A DNA stretch of 52,136 bases from Planctomycetota bacterium (lineage in GTDB: Bacteria; Planctomycetota; GCA-002687715; DRQF01), in the NCBI GenBank assembly GCA_036479435.1, contig JAZGFI010000006.1, positions 1 through 52,136 of the forward strand. Direction: 5' to 3'. This document shows, piece after piece, positions 26,674 through 35,594 of this stretch. A program made the position numbers and the translations under genes. Under the pieces are notes generated by a model. That model searched no databases. It was not told the origin of the DNA and saw only the letters and a list, made by a program, of their open reading frames with translations. The first letter of the stretch is position 1; the number at the start of each line of letters is the position of its first letter.

Positions 26674-28305
26674 ATGCCCAGTTTTTGCCACCGCACGCTT
26701 GCTTTCGCGGCAATTCTTCTTGGCCTCAGTGCCTACGGAGCCGCGGCACAAGACGCCACAAAGCGTTTTGCGAAACTCAAAAGACAGTATGCGGATGCGC
26801 GCGGTGATCACTCTCTTCAAGGCGCCCGCGGATTGGTGACGATCGTCCGCCGAGTCCCCGAGATCAGTTTTGCCGACCATAAAAAGCTCCGCGCCAAAGC
26901 CGAGAAGTTCCTGCAGAGAATCGTGACGGGTAAGGGCTCGGATCAGATGTTTCGCGTGCGGGTCGCGGCCTTGGAATCGCTCGCCTCCTTGGCCCAGTCA
27001 AAATCAAGCGCCAGCTTCTTCCTAAAAACTCTCCAGAACAACGACCGTTCACTACGCACGATTGACTACTGGGCAACGCGGGCGCTCCGCAACGCACAGG
27101 ACCCAGGATTCGTGAAGGCCATTGCGGCGAAAGGTCTCGGGCATAAGAGAGCGGCGGTTCGTCGCGCCGTCCTCTCCGGTCTCGCGAAGGTCAAGACTGA
27201 CGAGCTTAGAACGGTCGTCAGAAGCGAAGAAAAGTTGATCTTGAAGGCCCTCAAAGACCGCGATGAGCTCAATCGCTACTACGCCGTTCGCCTCATCGCT
27301 GCTGTCAAGCTCGAATCCGCACTGCCGCAAGTCATCGAAGCAGCGTTTAGCAAGAAGGCCCTCGTTCGAATGGCGGCTGCCTACTCACTCGGGGAGTTCT
27401 CCGACAAGCCCCAAGCTTGGAAGACGCTCTCGGTCATGCTTAAAGACCCGCAAGCGCGGGTGCGAGAAGAAGCCGTCATTTCATGTGCGCGTGGTGCTGG
27501 CTCCAAAGCCATCCCAGTCTTGATCGCGCGTCTTGACCAAGAACCCTTGCGCATACAGTCGGCGATCTTCGAGGCCCTCGAAACGATCTCCGGGATGAAG
27601 GGGCGCGTCGCCCGCAAAAAAAGTCTCTGGGAGTCGTGGTGGTTGGCCAACCGCGAGGAACTCCTGAACGGCAACAGCGACGCCGACACAGCCAAGAAAG
27701 TGAAGCCAGCCGGCGAGACCAAGTACGCCGTCAACTACTACGGCATCCCTCTGCAATCGGACAAAGTTGTCTTTGTCGTCGACATCAGCGGCAGCATGGA
27801 GTTCGGCGCCGAGGCCGGCGGCGAAAAACGAATAGACGTGGCTCGCAAAAAGCTGCTTGAGGTCGTCCAAAAACTCGACAAAAAGACCCAGTTCAATGTC
27901 TTGGCCTTCTCAGGCTCCAACCTCTACTACAAATCCAAAGGCCTCATGCCCTGCACGCCTGAGAACAAACGAAAAGTCTCGAAGTGGATTCGCGGGCTCA
28001 AGACCGGCGGCGGCACCAACACTTACGCAGCACTCGAGGCCATCTTCGAAGAGTATTCCAAGGCCGACACCTTGTACCTGCTATCCGACGGAAGCCCCTC
28101 AAGCGGCAAGGTCTATCAGCAAGAACACCTCATCGCTCAGGTCCACAAATGGAACCTCCGCCGCCGCCTTCGCATCCACACCATCGCCCTTTTATCCGGA
28201 GACATCCCCAAGACGGGCCCCCTGGCCGACGAGAAGAACGAAGCCGCGCGCTTCATGAAGCAGCTAGCCGACATCACCGGCGGCAGCTTCGTCCTCGAGG
28301 ACTAG
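26674..28305 (+). CDS. Secreted HEAT-repeat + von Willebrand factor A domain protein
   Basis: Signal peptide; L.D....VR..A HEAT repeats; MIDAS motif VVFVVDISGSM, GGTNT and LLSDG.P. Confidence 0.9.
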   Translation: MPSFCHRTLAFAAILLGLSAYGAAAQDATKRFAKLKRQYADARGDHSLQGARGLVTIVRRVPEISFADHKKLRAKAEKFLQRIVTGKGSDQMFRVRVAALESLASLAQSKSSASFFLKTLQNNDRSLRTIDYWATRALRNAQDPGFVKAIAAKGLGHKRAAVRRAVLSGLAKVKTDELRTVVRSEEKLILKALKDRDELNRYYAVRLIAAVKLESALPQVIEAAFSKKALVRMAAAYSLGEFSDKPQAWKTLSVMLKDPQARVREEAVISCARGAGSKAIPVLIARLDQEPLRIQSAIFEALETISGMKGRVARKKSLWESWWLANREELLNGNSDADTAKKVKPAGETKYAVNYYGIPLQSDKVVFVVDISGSMEFGAEAGGEKRIDVARKKLLEVVQKLDKKTQFNVLAFSGSNLYYKSKGLMPCTPENKRKVSKWIRGLKTGGGTNTYAALEAIFEEYSKADTLYLLSDGSPSSGKVYQQEHLIAQVHKWNLRRRLRIHTIALLSGDIPKTGPLADEKNEAARFMKQLADITGGSFVLED

Positions 28306-28720
28306 GCAGCACCCCAACAGCAACGGCAACGCGGGCAGGCCGTTGAAAAGAAACGCTGTAGTTTAGGGGAGGAAGTCGGCCGATGAGGGTGCTACGGCCT
28401 GATGCCAGAGGTGGGCTATGGTAGGCAGCCCTGAGGTTGGGGAATTGCGTCATCGAAGGTGATCCTGATCAACTTTTGCTCGGCATATCGCTTGCGGCGG
28501 GGATTCTTCACCTTTGCGGTGGCAAGGCGCTTTGTTCGGGTTGGGCGGGAAATGGCAGAGCGACTCTTGCGGCAAAGCCGTTGCCCCGCACGCGAAGTGC
28601 TTATTCGCTTGAAGGCAGAGAACGTCTACCTCGACAAGCACTTCGGCGTCACGCTTCGCTGAGGAATCGCTATCCGCGGTGCCTCGCTGCTGTAAGATCA
28701 AGTTCGGCCAAAGGAGATTC

Positions 28721-30784
28721 ATGTCGGTGCGCTTATTCCTTTTTTTGGTTTTGAACTTGCTGCCGGTTGTCGTTTGGGCCCAGGAGCCACCGAGCGATGA
28801 TGACTTGGGGCAGTTGCAGTGTCGCATTCGAGATGCGGTGAGGCGGGTTGCACCGGCGACAGTGGGCGTGCGAACCAAAAAAGATGGCCAGGGTGGTCGG
28901 GGGAGTGGCGTCATTGTGACCGCCGATGGCTTGGTCATGACCGCGGCTCACTGCATGGCGAAGATTGGTTCGAAGTGTTGGGTGGTCTTGCCGAGCGGGC
29001 GTGTGTTGGCGGCGGTCAATTTGGGTAAAGGCAAATCATCCGACGCGGGCCTGATGCAGATTACCGCAAAAGGCCCCTGGCCTTTTGCCCCCTTGGGCAA
29101 GTCGAAGGACTTGGCGCGGCGGCAGATTTGCTTGGCCTTGGGGCACCCCGGGGGATTTTCGGCTGGGCGGGCGCCCGTGGTTCGAGTCGGCGCCGTGTTG
29201 GGATTTCGCAGCGATCACGGCGAGTTTTTGCGAACAACTTGTGTCGTGAGGCCTGGAGATTCCGGCGGGCCACTGATTGACCTCGACGGCAAGGTCATTG
29301 GCATCCACAGCAACATCTCCGCTTCTCTGCGCGAGAACTTCCAGGTTCCGGCGGAAGTCTATCGACGTGATTGGGATCGCATGCTGGCGGGGAAATTCGT
29401 GAAGCCAAGAAAGGCAAAAGGCAAGAACAAGAAATCCGCTGCGCCTTATCTTGGGCTCAAGTGCCGCAACACCGCGAACGGTTGCGAGGTCATGGAAGTC
29501 GCTGAGAACTCCTCGGCGGCGGCCGCTGGCTTGAGAGTTAAGGACCTCATCTTGACGGTCGACGGCGTCGGCGTGAGCGACCGTCGAGCGCTTCGGCGGC
29601 GAGTCCGCGAGAGCCGGATCGGCGATCTGATCCGTGTCCGGGCGCAGCGCGGTGAATTTGAGTTGAAGATCACTATTGAGCTCAGATCCAAAGTGGTTCC
29701 CAAGGACAAAATCGAGGTCGAGAGCGACGGCACCGTGGCAGAGAATGAAGTGCTGAATCGCGAGGAGTTGGTCGGCGAAGCCCCAGATCGCAAGGCGGAA
29801 CGAAAAATAGAGGCTTGGCTCCGCGATGATCATCGCTTGGTTGACCTCTTCCAATCAACCGCCGAGAGAGTGGAGGCCGCCCTTTGTGAGTTGAGCTGGA
29901 AAGTACAGGGAAAAGACCGAGTTGCCAGCGGGCTCCTGGTCTCGGGTGAGGGCGAATTGCTTCCGAAGTCTTCTGAGCTTGCGAGCGACGATTTGCTCAT
30001 CCGGGTTAAGTTGAAGGACGGCCGTGAGTCGCCGGCAAAGGTTCTGGCCAGGGATGCCGCGAGTGACCTATGTCTGTTGCGAGTGCCGCTCGATGAAGTG
30101 TCGCATTTGGCGCCAGTGCGGGGGCGACGTTTCGCGCGTCTTCGCGTCGGCGACCTTTTACTGAGTTCCTCGGTACAGGGCGGATTGGAGTGGGGAGTTC
30201 TGAGCGTCGCATCCCCAACGATTGAGGGCTCAGCCGGCGGCTACCTCGGCATCAAATTCGCCAAGTTCGACGACTACGGCACGCTTATCTCAAGTCTTGA
30301 GGATGATAGTCCGCTTCATGGTGCGGGAGTCGGGGCGGGCGATGCCATCCTTGCGGTCAATGGCCAGGCAGTGGCCAATGTGCGCGAGGCGAAGGCGGCG
30401 CTGCAGGCGTTTGGGCCCGAAAAACGCCTTACGCTGCGCATCCGCCGCGGCGTCAAAGAAATGGACTTTGAAGTGTTGGTGGGCAAGCCGCCCGTTCGAG
30501 CCATGGGTCCCGGTGGGAGCGGCGGTGCCGCCAAGACCAGCCGCCACCGGGGTCCCTATCCCGATGCCTACTTGCACGATGCGATTATTACGCCGGCCGG
30601 ATGTGTGGGACCCGTGACAGACCTCAAAGGTCGGTTCATCGGTCTAAACATCGCGCGCGCGACGCGCACGGATACGGTCGCCTTGACGACAACTGCCGTC
30701 GTGAGAGCTTTGGCGCGCTTGCGCGCCAAAGCGGCGCGAGTCCTCAATTCAAAACGCCTCCGTCGCCACCGCAGCACTCCCTAA
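28721..30784 (+). CDS. Secreted tandem trypsin-like protease-PDZ protein (HtrA/S1C-like); second protease domain degenerate
   Basis: AAGGAG RBS at ATG 28721; TAAHC, SDAGL and GDSGGP triad in domain 1; PDZ loops YLGL and YLGI; domain 2 reads LPKSSE / DLCLL / GCVGP. Confidence 0.88.
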   Translation: MSVRLFLFLVLNLLPVVVWAQEPPSDDDLGQLQCRIRDAVRRVAPATVGVRTKKDGQGGRGSGVIVTADGLVMTAAHCMAKIGSKCWVVLPSGRVLAAVNLGKGKSSDAGLMQITAKGPWPFAPLGKSKDLARRQICLALGHPGGFSAGRAPVVRVGAVLGFRSDHGEFLRTTCVVRPGDSGGPLIDLDGKVIGIHSNISASLRENFQVPAEVYRRDWDRMLAGKFVKPRKAKGKNKKSAAPYLGLKCRNTANGCEVMEVAENSSAAAAGLRVKDLILTVDGVGVSDRRALRRRVRESRIGDLIRVRAQRGEFELKITIELRSKVVPKDKIEVESDGTVAENEVLNREELVGEAPDRKAERKIEAWLRDDHRLVDLFQSTAERVEAALCELSWKVQGKDRVASGLLVSGEGELLPKSSELASDDLLIRVKLKDGRESPAKVLARDAASDLCLLRVPLDEVSHLAPVRGRRFARLRVGDLLLSSSVQGGLEWGVLSVASPTIEGSAGGYLGIKFAKFDDYGTLISSLEDDSPLHGAGVGAGDAILAVNGQAVANVREAKAALQAFGPEKRLTLRIRRGVKEMDFEVLVGKPPVRAMGPGGSGGAAKTSRHRGPYPDAYLHDAIITPAGCVGPVTDLKGRFIGLNIARATRTDTVALTTTAVVRALARLRAKAARVLNSKRLRRHRSTP

Positions 30785-30906
30785 AACAGCTCACGCCATG
30801 TGCGCAAACCCGCAGCATTCGCGTCAAACGTTTTTCACTAACCTTTCAAAACCAAGATCAAGTCTCCACCCATTCTGGCGACCGATCAACTTGCGCGGAA
30901 CGTGGG

Positions 30907-31467
30907 CTATTCGGCTCGCTTTTTCATCATCGATTCGATGCGGCCAAGGCTATCGCGGATGTCAGCGAGGATCTCTGTAGTGTCGGAGGTCGAGTTTTGG
31001 GAAACGGTGGCGGCAACATCGGATTTGACCGTAACGCGATCGCGTTGGGCGAGGACCGCGTCTCGAAAGTCGCGAGCGTTCTCTACGGCCGTCAAGGTGA
31101 CCAGCGCACTTTGCCCCGAGCCGCCAGCGGTTTCGATCGAAAGCGACTGAATGTCGAAGTAGCGCATGATCGGGCCCTGTATGAGGCCTAGGTCGGTGAT
31201 CTTGTCGAGCGGAACGGTTTTTTCTTGGCGTACGAAAAGTCCCCGGCTTACTTTTAGAGTCCTCTCAGTCAGGGTGCAGCTCATGTTGTCGAGGTATTTC
31301 TTCGTGAGGGCGAGACCGAGCGGTATCCACAGCAGCAACAAGGGAATCCCCACGCAACTGAAAGTCAGTGCGATGGTGCCGGAGAGCAACCAGTACTGGC
31401 AGACTTTGGGATTGAACTTTGCTTCGAGTAACACGGTGTCGTCATTCATGATCGGCTCCAAGGTCAT
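30907..31467 (-). CDS. Bacterial PH domain (bPH_2) membrane protein
   Basis: One or two N-terminal TM segments, then RGLFVRQEKTVPLDKITD...QGPIMRYF...IETAG. Confidence 0.88.
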   Translation of the reverse strand: MTLEPIMNDDTVLLEAKFNPKVCQYWLLSGTIALTFSCVGIPLLLLWIPLGLALTKKYLDNMSCTLTERTLKVSRGLFVRQEKTVPLDKITDLGLIQGPIMRYFDIQSLSIETAGGSGQSALVTLTAVENARDFRDAVLAQRDRVTVKSDVAATVSQNSTSDTTEILADIRDSLGRIESMMKKRAE

Positions 31468-31567
31468 TCATTTCTCGGTTGGGCATTAGAGCCCGGATCG
31501 CCGCGCTTGCCAATATGCGCCGCCGAGTTGTTAAGACCTCATTGCAGTTTTCCTTCAGGAGTTTGCC

Positions 31568-32056
31568 GTGGCCTCGCTTCAAATCCGTCCACTGACTCGC
31601 CTCGACAACCCTCAAATTGCCGAGGTGATCCGCGCCGTCATGCCGGAGTTTGGGGCGCAGGGACCAGGCTTTGCCATCCACGATCCCGAGGTCGATGCGA
31701 TGCATGCCGCCTATTCGTTAGTTCGCGCCGCGTATTTTGTGGTGGAAGAAGACAATCGCGTGGTGGGAGGTGCTGGTTACGCAGTCCTAGAGGGCGGTGA
31801 CCGGGATATTTGCGAGCTGCGGAAGATGTACTTTTTGCCCGAGCTTCGTGGCCGCGGAGTCGGTGCCGACATCCTGAAGTTTGTCTTGGCTCAAGCGGCC
31901 GCGGCGGGATTTCGCCGCTGCTACTTGGAGACCTTGACGGGCATGGATGCGGCCAAAACTCTCTATCGCCGTTTTGGGTTTGAAACCCTCGACGGCCCCT
32001 TGGGCTGCACCGGGCACTTTGGCTGCGACACCTGGATGATTCGGGATCTCGATTGA
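31568..32056 (+). CDS. GNAT family N-acetyltransferase (YjgM-like)
   Basis: CELRKMYFLPELRGRGVG, CYLET, A..LY..FGF, GCTGHFGCD; AGGAG RBS. Confidence 0.92.
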   Translation: MASLQIRPLTRLDNPQIAEVIRAVMPEFGAQGPGFAIHDPEVDAMHAAYSLVRAAYFVVEEDNRVVGGAGYAVLEGGDRDICELRKMYFLPELRGRGVGADILKFVLAQAAAAGFRRCYLETLTGMDAAKTLYRRFGFETLDGPLGCTGHFGCDTWMIRDLD

Positions 32057-32087
32057 GCCTCCACCAGTTTGTCACGTGACCAAAACA

Positions 32088-32140
32088 CTCAAGGCCTCCA
32101 ATCTACGCGACCTTGGGACGCGGAAAGAGGAGGCCTTGAG
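32088..32140. terminator. 12-bp perfect inverted repeat between convergent genes; probable 3'-end structure
   Basis: CTCAAGGCCTCC (32088-32099) / GGAGGCCTTGAG (32129-32140) with a nested CGCG/CGCG stem; no long U-tract. Confidence 0.6.
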
Positions 32141-32158
32141 ACTTACAGGCGAGCTGAG

Positions 32159-33175
32159 TTAGTTCAGTCCTCGCCCCCGGACTCGCGAAGAGGAACTGCC
32201 ATTCGACCGAGTGGCGCGGGACGCTTTTCGGTTGATCTTTGACCTTGCGTCTCCGAGGAAGTTGTTGGTGCGGATGACGCGCTTTTTTTTGACAACGCGA
32301 CGCGTTGCCCTTTTCTTGGGGCCTCAGCTAGGAGCCTTCCTTTTGACGCCGCGACGCGGCGCCTTCTTTTTGGGTCCTCAGCTTGCGGCGCGTTTTTTGA
32401 CGACGCGGCGGGCGGCGGCTTTTTTTGGTGACCGGGGGGAACTCAAGCTTCGGGCTGCGCTGGCTCGCCGATTGAAGGAAGGGCTCGACTTATCGATGAC
32501 CTTCGCTCCCGCTAGTGCCTTGAAGACGAAAGTCTCGTAGGGAGCCGTGCGGCTGGTGTCAAAAGACTTAAACACCGTCCGTCTCATGACGCGATCTCGG
32601 CGATCAAACTGCTCAATGCGCAGAGGGATCCCGGTTTGTTGATCAAAGGCCGACACCTGTCGGGTGTAGGCTGCGCGCGATCTTTTGTGCGGGGTCAGTT
32701 CCAGAACCCAGCAGGGTCGCCCCAAGACCTTGGCCTCGGGCAGAAGCTTGACCTCATCGTTGCGCAGACGCGCATTGAGGACAGGATTCTGCGGCGGCAT
32801 GCTCGGAGCCGCGTCTTTGGTTACCACGGTTCTGCCGGCAACATCACCCCAGGAGTAGATCATCTTGCCATCGCGAATCGAGGTGTGCTTAAGCGGCTTG
32901 GTGCTGCCGTCGGCGGTGGGCATCTGGCCTCGGGTCTCGATGCGCCATTTGATCAGCCGCCCGGATTGCTGCCAATCCTGCACGACCCGGCTTTTCTGCT
33001 CGCGCCTGAATTCAATTCCAGTGAAAACGCTGTTTTCTATTTCGGCGTGAAACGCCGAGGTTGCCTTGGCCCGCCTCGCGATCTTTTTACCGATCGACTC
33101 GGTTGTTTCTTGCCCCGTCGCGATACCGACAGACAAAAACAGGCCCAGGGCTCCCATTAAGGAAATCCGTTGCAT
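32159..33175 (-). CDS. Secreted LolA-like fold protein with a basic 18-aa repeat tail containing two in-frame UGAs (putative Sec266 and Sec284); 338 aa if read through, 265 aa if not
   Basis: Signal peptide; V.GRPCWVLELTP...D.QTGIPLR.E..D...F.F...GAKVID. The frame continues S*GPKKKAPRRGVKRKAPS*GPKKRATRRVVKKKR...LN to TAA 32159-32161. Confidence 0.75.
32291..32309 (-). promoter_or_regulatory. Putative bacterial SECIS hairpin 2 (GGCAACGC-GUC-GCGUUGUC)
   Basis: 8-bp stem starting 14 nt after UGA 32324-32326; loop begins GU. Confidence 0.7.
32345..32363 (-). promoter_or_regulatory. Putative bacterial SECIS hairpin 1 (GGCGCCGC-GUC-GCGGCGUC)
   Basis: 8-bp stem starting 14 nt after UGA 32378-32380; two compensatory pair changes relative to hairpin 2. 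Confidence 0.7.
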
Positions 33176-33300
33176 AGTGGTCTCATTGTGTACGGACTAG
33201 TTTGGGTACGTCCGTATCCCCATTCGGCCCGCGGCCGCTCAAACATGAGGCCTGCATTTTGTTGCACACAATGCGGCGGTGCGGGACTAATTTCGAGGAC

Positions 33301-34143
33301 TTAGTCCTTTTCAATCGCAAGCAAAAAGGCATTCGCGAGCGGAAGGAAGACCGGCGACCCCAACCAGGGCCAACGCATGCCGTCGAACTTTGGCAGTAAC
33401 ACTTCAAGCCAGCGGAAGTACCGGGGGAACAGATACACTCCCCGAAGGCCAATGACACGCCCACACCCAGACCGCGCCACGCGAACGAATTCGGCCGGGC
33501 GGCGGCGGATAGCGTGTTTTTGAGGCCGCCACTGACCTTTGCGCCAAGCTTTTGAAACCGCCAGCAGGTGCCCCACGAGGCCGTGGGCCGAGTTGCGGTT
33601 TAGAGTGATGATGTAGGCGCGGCCACCCGGTTCCAACACTCTGAGCATCTCGCGCAAGGCAGTAGCTCCGTCTTCGATGTGCTGGAGGACACCGACATTG
33701 ATGAGGCCCTCAAAAACTTGGTCGGCAAATGGCAACTTGAGGACGTCGGCCTGCACCAAGGGCACCGCAACTGGCCCTTCGACCGCTTCCAGGACCGCGC
33801 GCGCGCGCCCTAACATGCCCTCGGAGAAATCTGCGCCGACGGGCCGCAGACCATCTTCACGCAGATGCAGGCAGTACACGCCCGAACCACATCCAAGATC
33901 CAAAATTCGGGATGCTTTTTTTAGCGGCCAACGCCGCAAGGCTCGTCCAATTTCTTCCAGGCGCCGTTCGAGGCCATGCTCGGACCAGCCCGAGATTTTG
34001 GCGGCGCTTCCGCCGCGGGCGGCGAATCGATCAAAGCGATCGCGCCAGGCGGACTCGAAAGACGCACTGGGGGCCGCTTTACCGGCGTCGGCGGGAGCGG
34101 AATGTGGGTTCTTATTCACGTCGACTGGACTCACTGGCCTCAC
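33301..34143 (-). CDS. Class I SAM-dependent methyltransferase
   Basis: ILDLGCGSG, GADFSEGML, ADVLKLPFAD, EMLRVLEPGG; start codon uncertain. Confidence 0.9.
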   Translation of the reverse strand: MRPVSPVDVNKNPHSAPADAGKAAPSASFESAWRDRFDRFAARGGSAAKISGWSEHGLERRLEEIGRALRRWPLKKASRILDLGCGSGVYCLHLREDGLRPVGADFSEGMLGRARAVLEAVEGPVAVPLVQADVLKLPFADQVFEGLINVGVLQHIEDGATALREMLRVLEPGGRAYIITLNRNSAHGLVGHLLAVSKAWRKGQWRPQKHAIRRRPAEFVRVARSGCGRVIGLRGVYLFPRYFRWLEVLLPKFDGMRWPWLGSPVFLPLANAFLLAIEKD

Positions 34144-34159
34144 ATCTTTCGTACCTAGA

Positions 34160-34176
34160 TGTCGATATATCCGACA
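34160..34176. promoter_or_regulatory. Palindromic regulator site TGTCG-ATATATC-CGACA
   Basis: Perfect 5-bp arms in a divergent intergenic region; 14/17 identical to the site at 38481. Confidence 0.6.
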
Positions 34177-34254
34177 GATTGTCTGCATTTGCAACGACAA
34201 CTAGATGAAAGATCATGGCAACTCGGTGCATCCAGCCGAAGAGCGAACCGGAAG

Positions 34255-35211
34255 ATGAGTGAAGAACTGGCCAAAGGTTGGGAAGAGTGGTCGAAGACGG
34301 TGGCAGGTGCCCTCGCTCTGGACCTATCGTCCACCTTGGGCTCGCCGGTGAGCGCCGAAGTTGAAAAAGCTGAGATGATCAGCGACGTCGATGTCCGTTC
34401 AAGTCTTCCCTCCGATACCACCGGCTGTTTCGCGAATCTGAAGGAAGGCGGCGCCATCGCCCTGCTCCTAGGAGGCCCCAACGCCCTTACGCTCGCCAAG
34501 GCTAAGAACGGTGGCGAGAGCGTGACCGTCGGAGACGATGAGAAGTCAGCGCTAGAAGAACTTGGCAAAGGCCTTGCCGGCGTCCTCCAAGAAGCTTCAA
34601 TGCCTTTGTGTTCAATCGCACCCATCTGGGAAGAGACCAGCGTCGCCTTTATGGCGGACTCAACCTGGGAGGGCGGCGAGGACCGAGTGCCTTCGGGGGA
34701 CCTTTTGCGAAGCGTCATGGTATTGACGCCACAGCAAGGCGAGACGATCACCATTGAGGTCATCTTGGCCCAGGATCTATGCGATGTGCCTTTCGATAAG
34801 ATGCCCGCCTACCGCGACTCTGCGGACGACGAAGTCGACCTCGATGCGCCGCGCCACATCTTGAGCTTCTGCTCTGATGCGAAGATTGCCGAACGCATTG
34901 CTGAATTTGTGAGTGAAGAGGACTCGCACAAGTCTGCCGAGTCAGTTTCGGACTTCTTGGAGCGCTTCGACGACGACGACATCAACGTCGGCATTATCGA
35001 AGTCAAAAGCGGGGATGAATTCTGGTTGCCCTTGCTCGGCGATCTCAAGGGTAGGCTTGATAAGCCGCTCATCGTCGTTCTGGAAGAACCTAAGACTTGG
35101 CGGGTGGTTCAATGCGGCAGGCTTGGACTTTTCGGCGTGCTGAGCCCCGAGTTCAGCGGGCGCGACTTTCAAGGACGCGTCCGCAGCGAACGGCTTCAGC
35201 CCGCGTCTTGA
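34255..35211 (+). CDS. CheC/FliM/FliY-like domain fused to a degenerate receiver-like domain
   Basis: LSSTLGSPV, DEKSALEELG helix motif and a C-terminal alpha/beta segment; located next to fliMN; ATG 34255. Confidence 0.55.
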   Translation: MSEELAKGWEEWSKTVAGALALDLSSTLGSPVSAEVEKAEMISDVDVRSSLPSDTTGCFANLKEGGAIALLLGGPNALTLAKAKNGGESVTVGDDEKSALEELGKGLAGVLQEASMPLCSIAPIWEETSVAFMADSTWEGGEDRVPSGDLLRSVMVLTPQQGETITIEVILAQDLCDVPFDKMPAYRDSADDEVDLDAPRHILSFCSDAKIAERIAEFVSEEDSHKSAESVSDFLERFDDDDINVGIIEVKSGDEFWLPLLGDLKGRLDKPLIVVLEEPKTWRVVQCGRLGLFGVLSPEFSGRDFQGRVRSERLQPAS

Positions 35212-35594
35212 ATGACTTCCGTGACGCGGAGCCCATAGTGGTCGTCAACAACGACGATTTCGCCCTTGGCAATCAGCTTGTCGCCGATCACGAGGTCAAT
35301 CGGCTCGCCCGCCGCGCGTTCCAGATCGATAACGGTGCCCGGCAGCAGATCTAACACTTCCGAGATGGTCTTCCGTACCATGCCGACTCTTGCGGTCACC
35401 GCTACACTAACGTCCATGACACGGCCGAGATTGTTGACTCCCGTCGCCGAGTTCGGAGCCGTGACCGAAGACACAAGCTCTTCAAGTTCCACCGGAGCCA
35501 CCGAGGCCGCCATCGTATTCGGATCTGAGACGTCCGGAATCGTGGCCTCTGCCACCGAGGCGCTTGGGTTTTCGTTGTTGTTTTCGTCGCTCAT
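35196..35594 (-). CDS. fliN: Flagellar motor switch protein FliN
   Basis: MDVSV.V...G...I.E.L.L.PGTVIDLERAAGEPIDL...AKGEIVVVDDHYGLRVTE. Confidence 0.93.
   Translation of the reverse strand: MSDENNNENPSASVAEATIPDVSDPNTMAASVAPVELEELVSSVTAPNSATGVNNLGRVMDVSVAVTARVGMVRKTISEVLDLLPGTVIDLERAAGEPIDLVIGDKLIAKGEIVVVDDHYGLRVTEVIQDAG

Noticed and set aside
28402..28662. Small ORF 28459..28662 and a possible UGA read-through from ATG 28402
   Set aside because: No recognisable motif, RBS or hairpin at the expected offset; only the last ~17 codons look coding, so at most a remnant.
32270..32434. CRISPR-like array
   Set aside because: Contiguous 54-nt coding repeats without unique spacers; no cas genes.
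32211..32540. Plus-strand 109-aa ORF with FFLGPQL repeats
   Set aside because: Antisense shadow of the Lys/Arg repeat tail; substitutions are synonymous or conservative in the minus frame.
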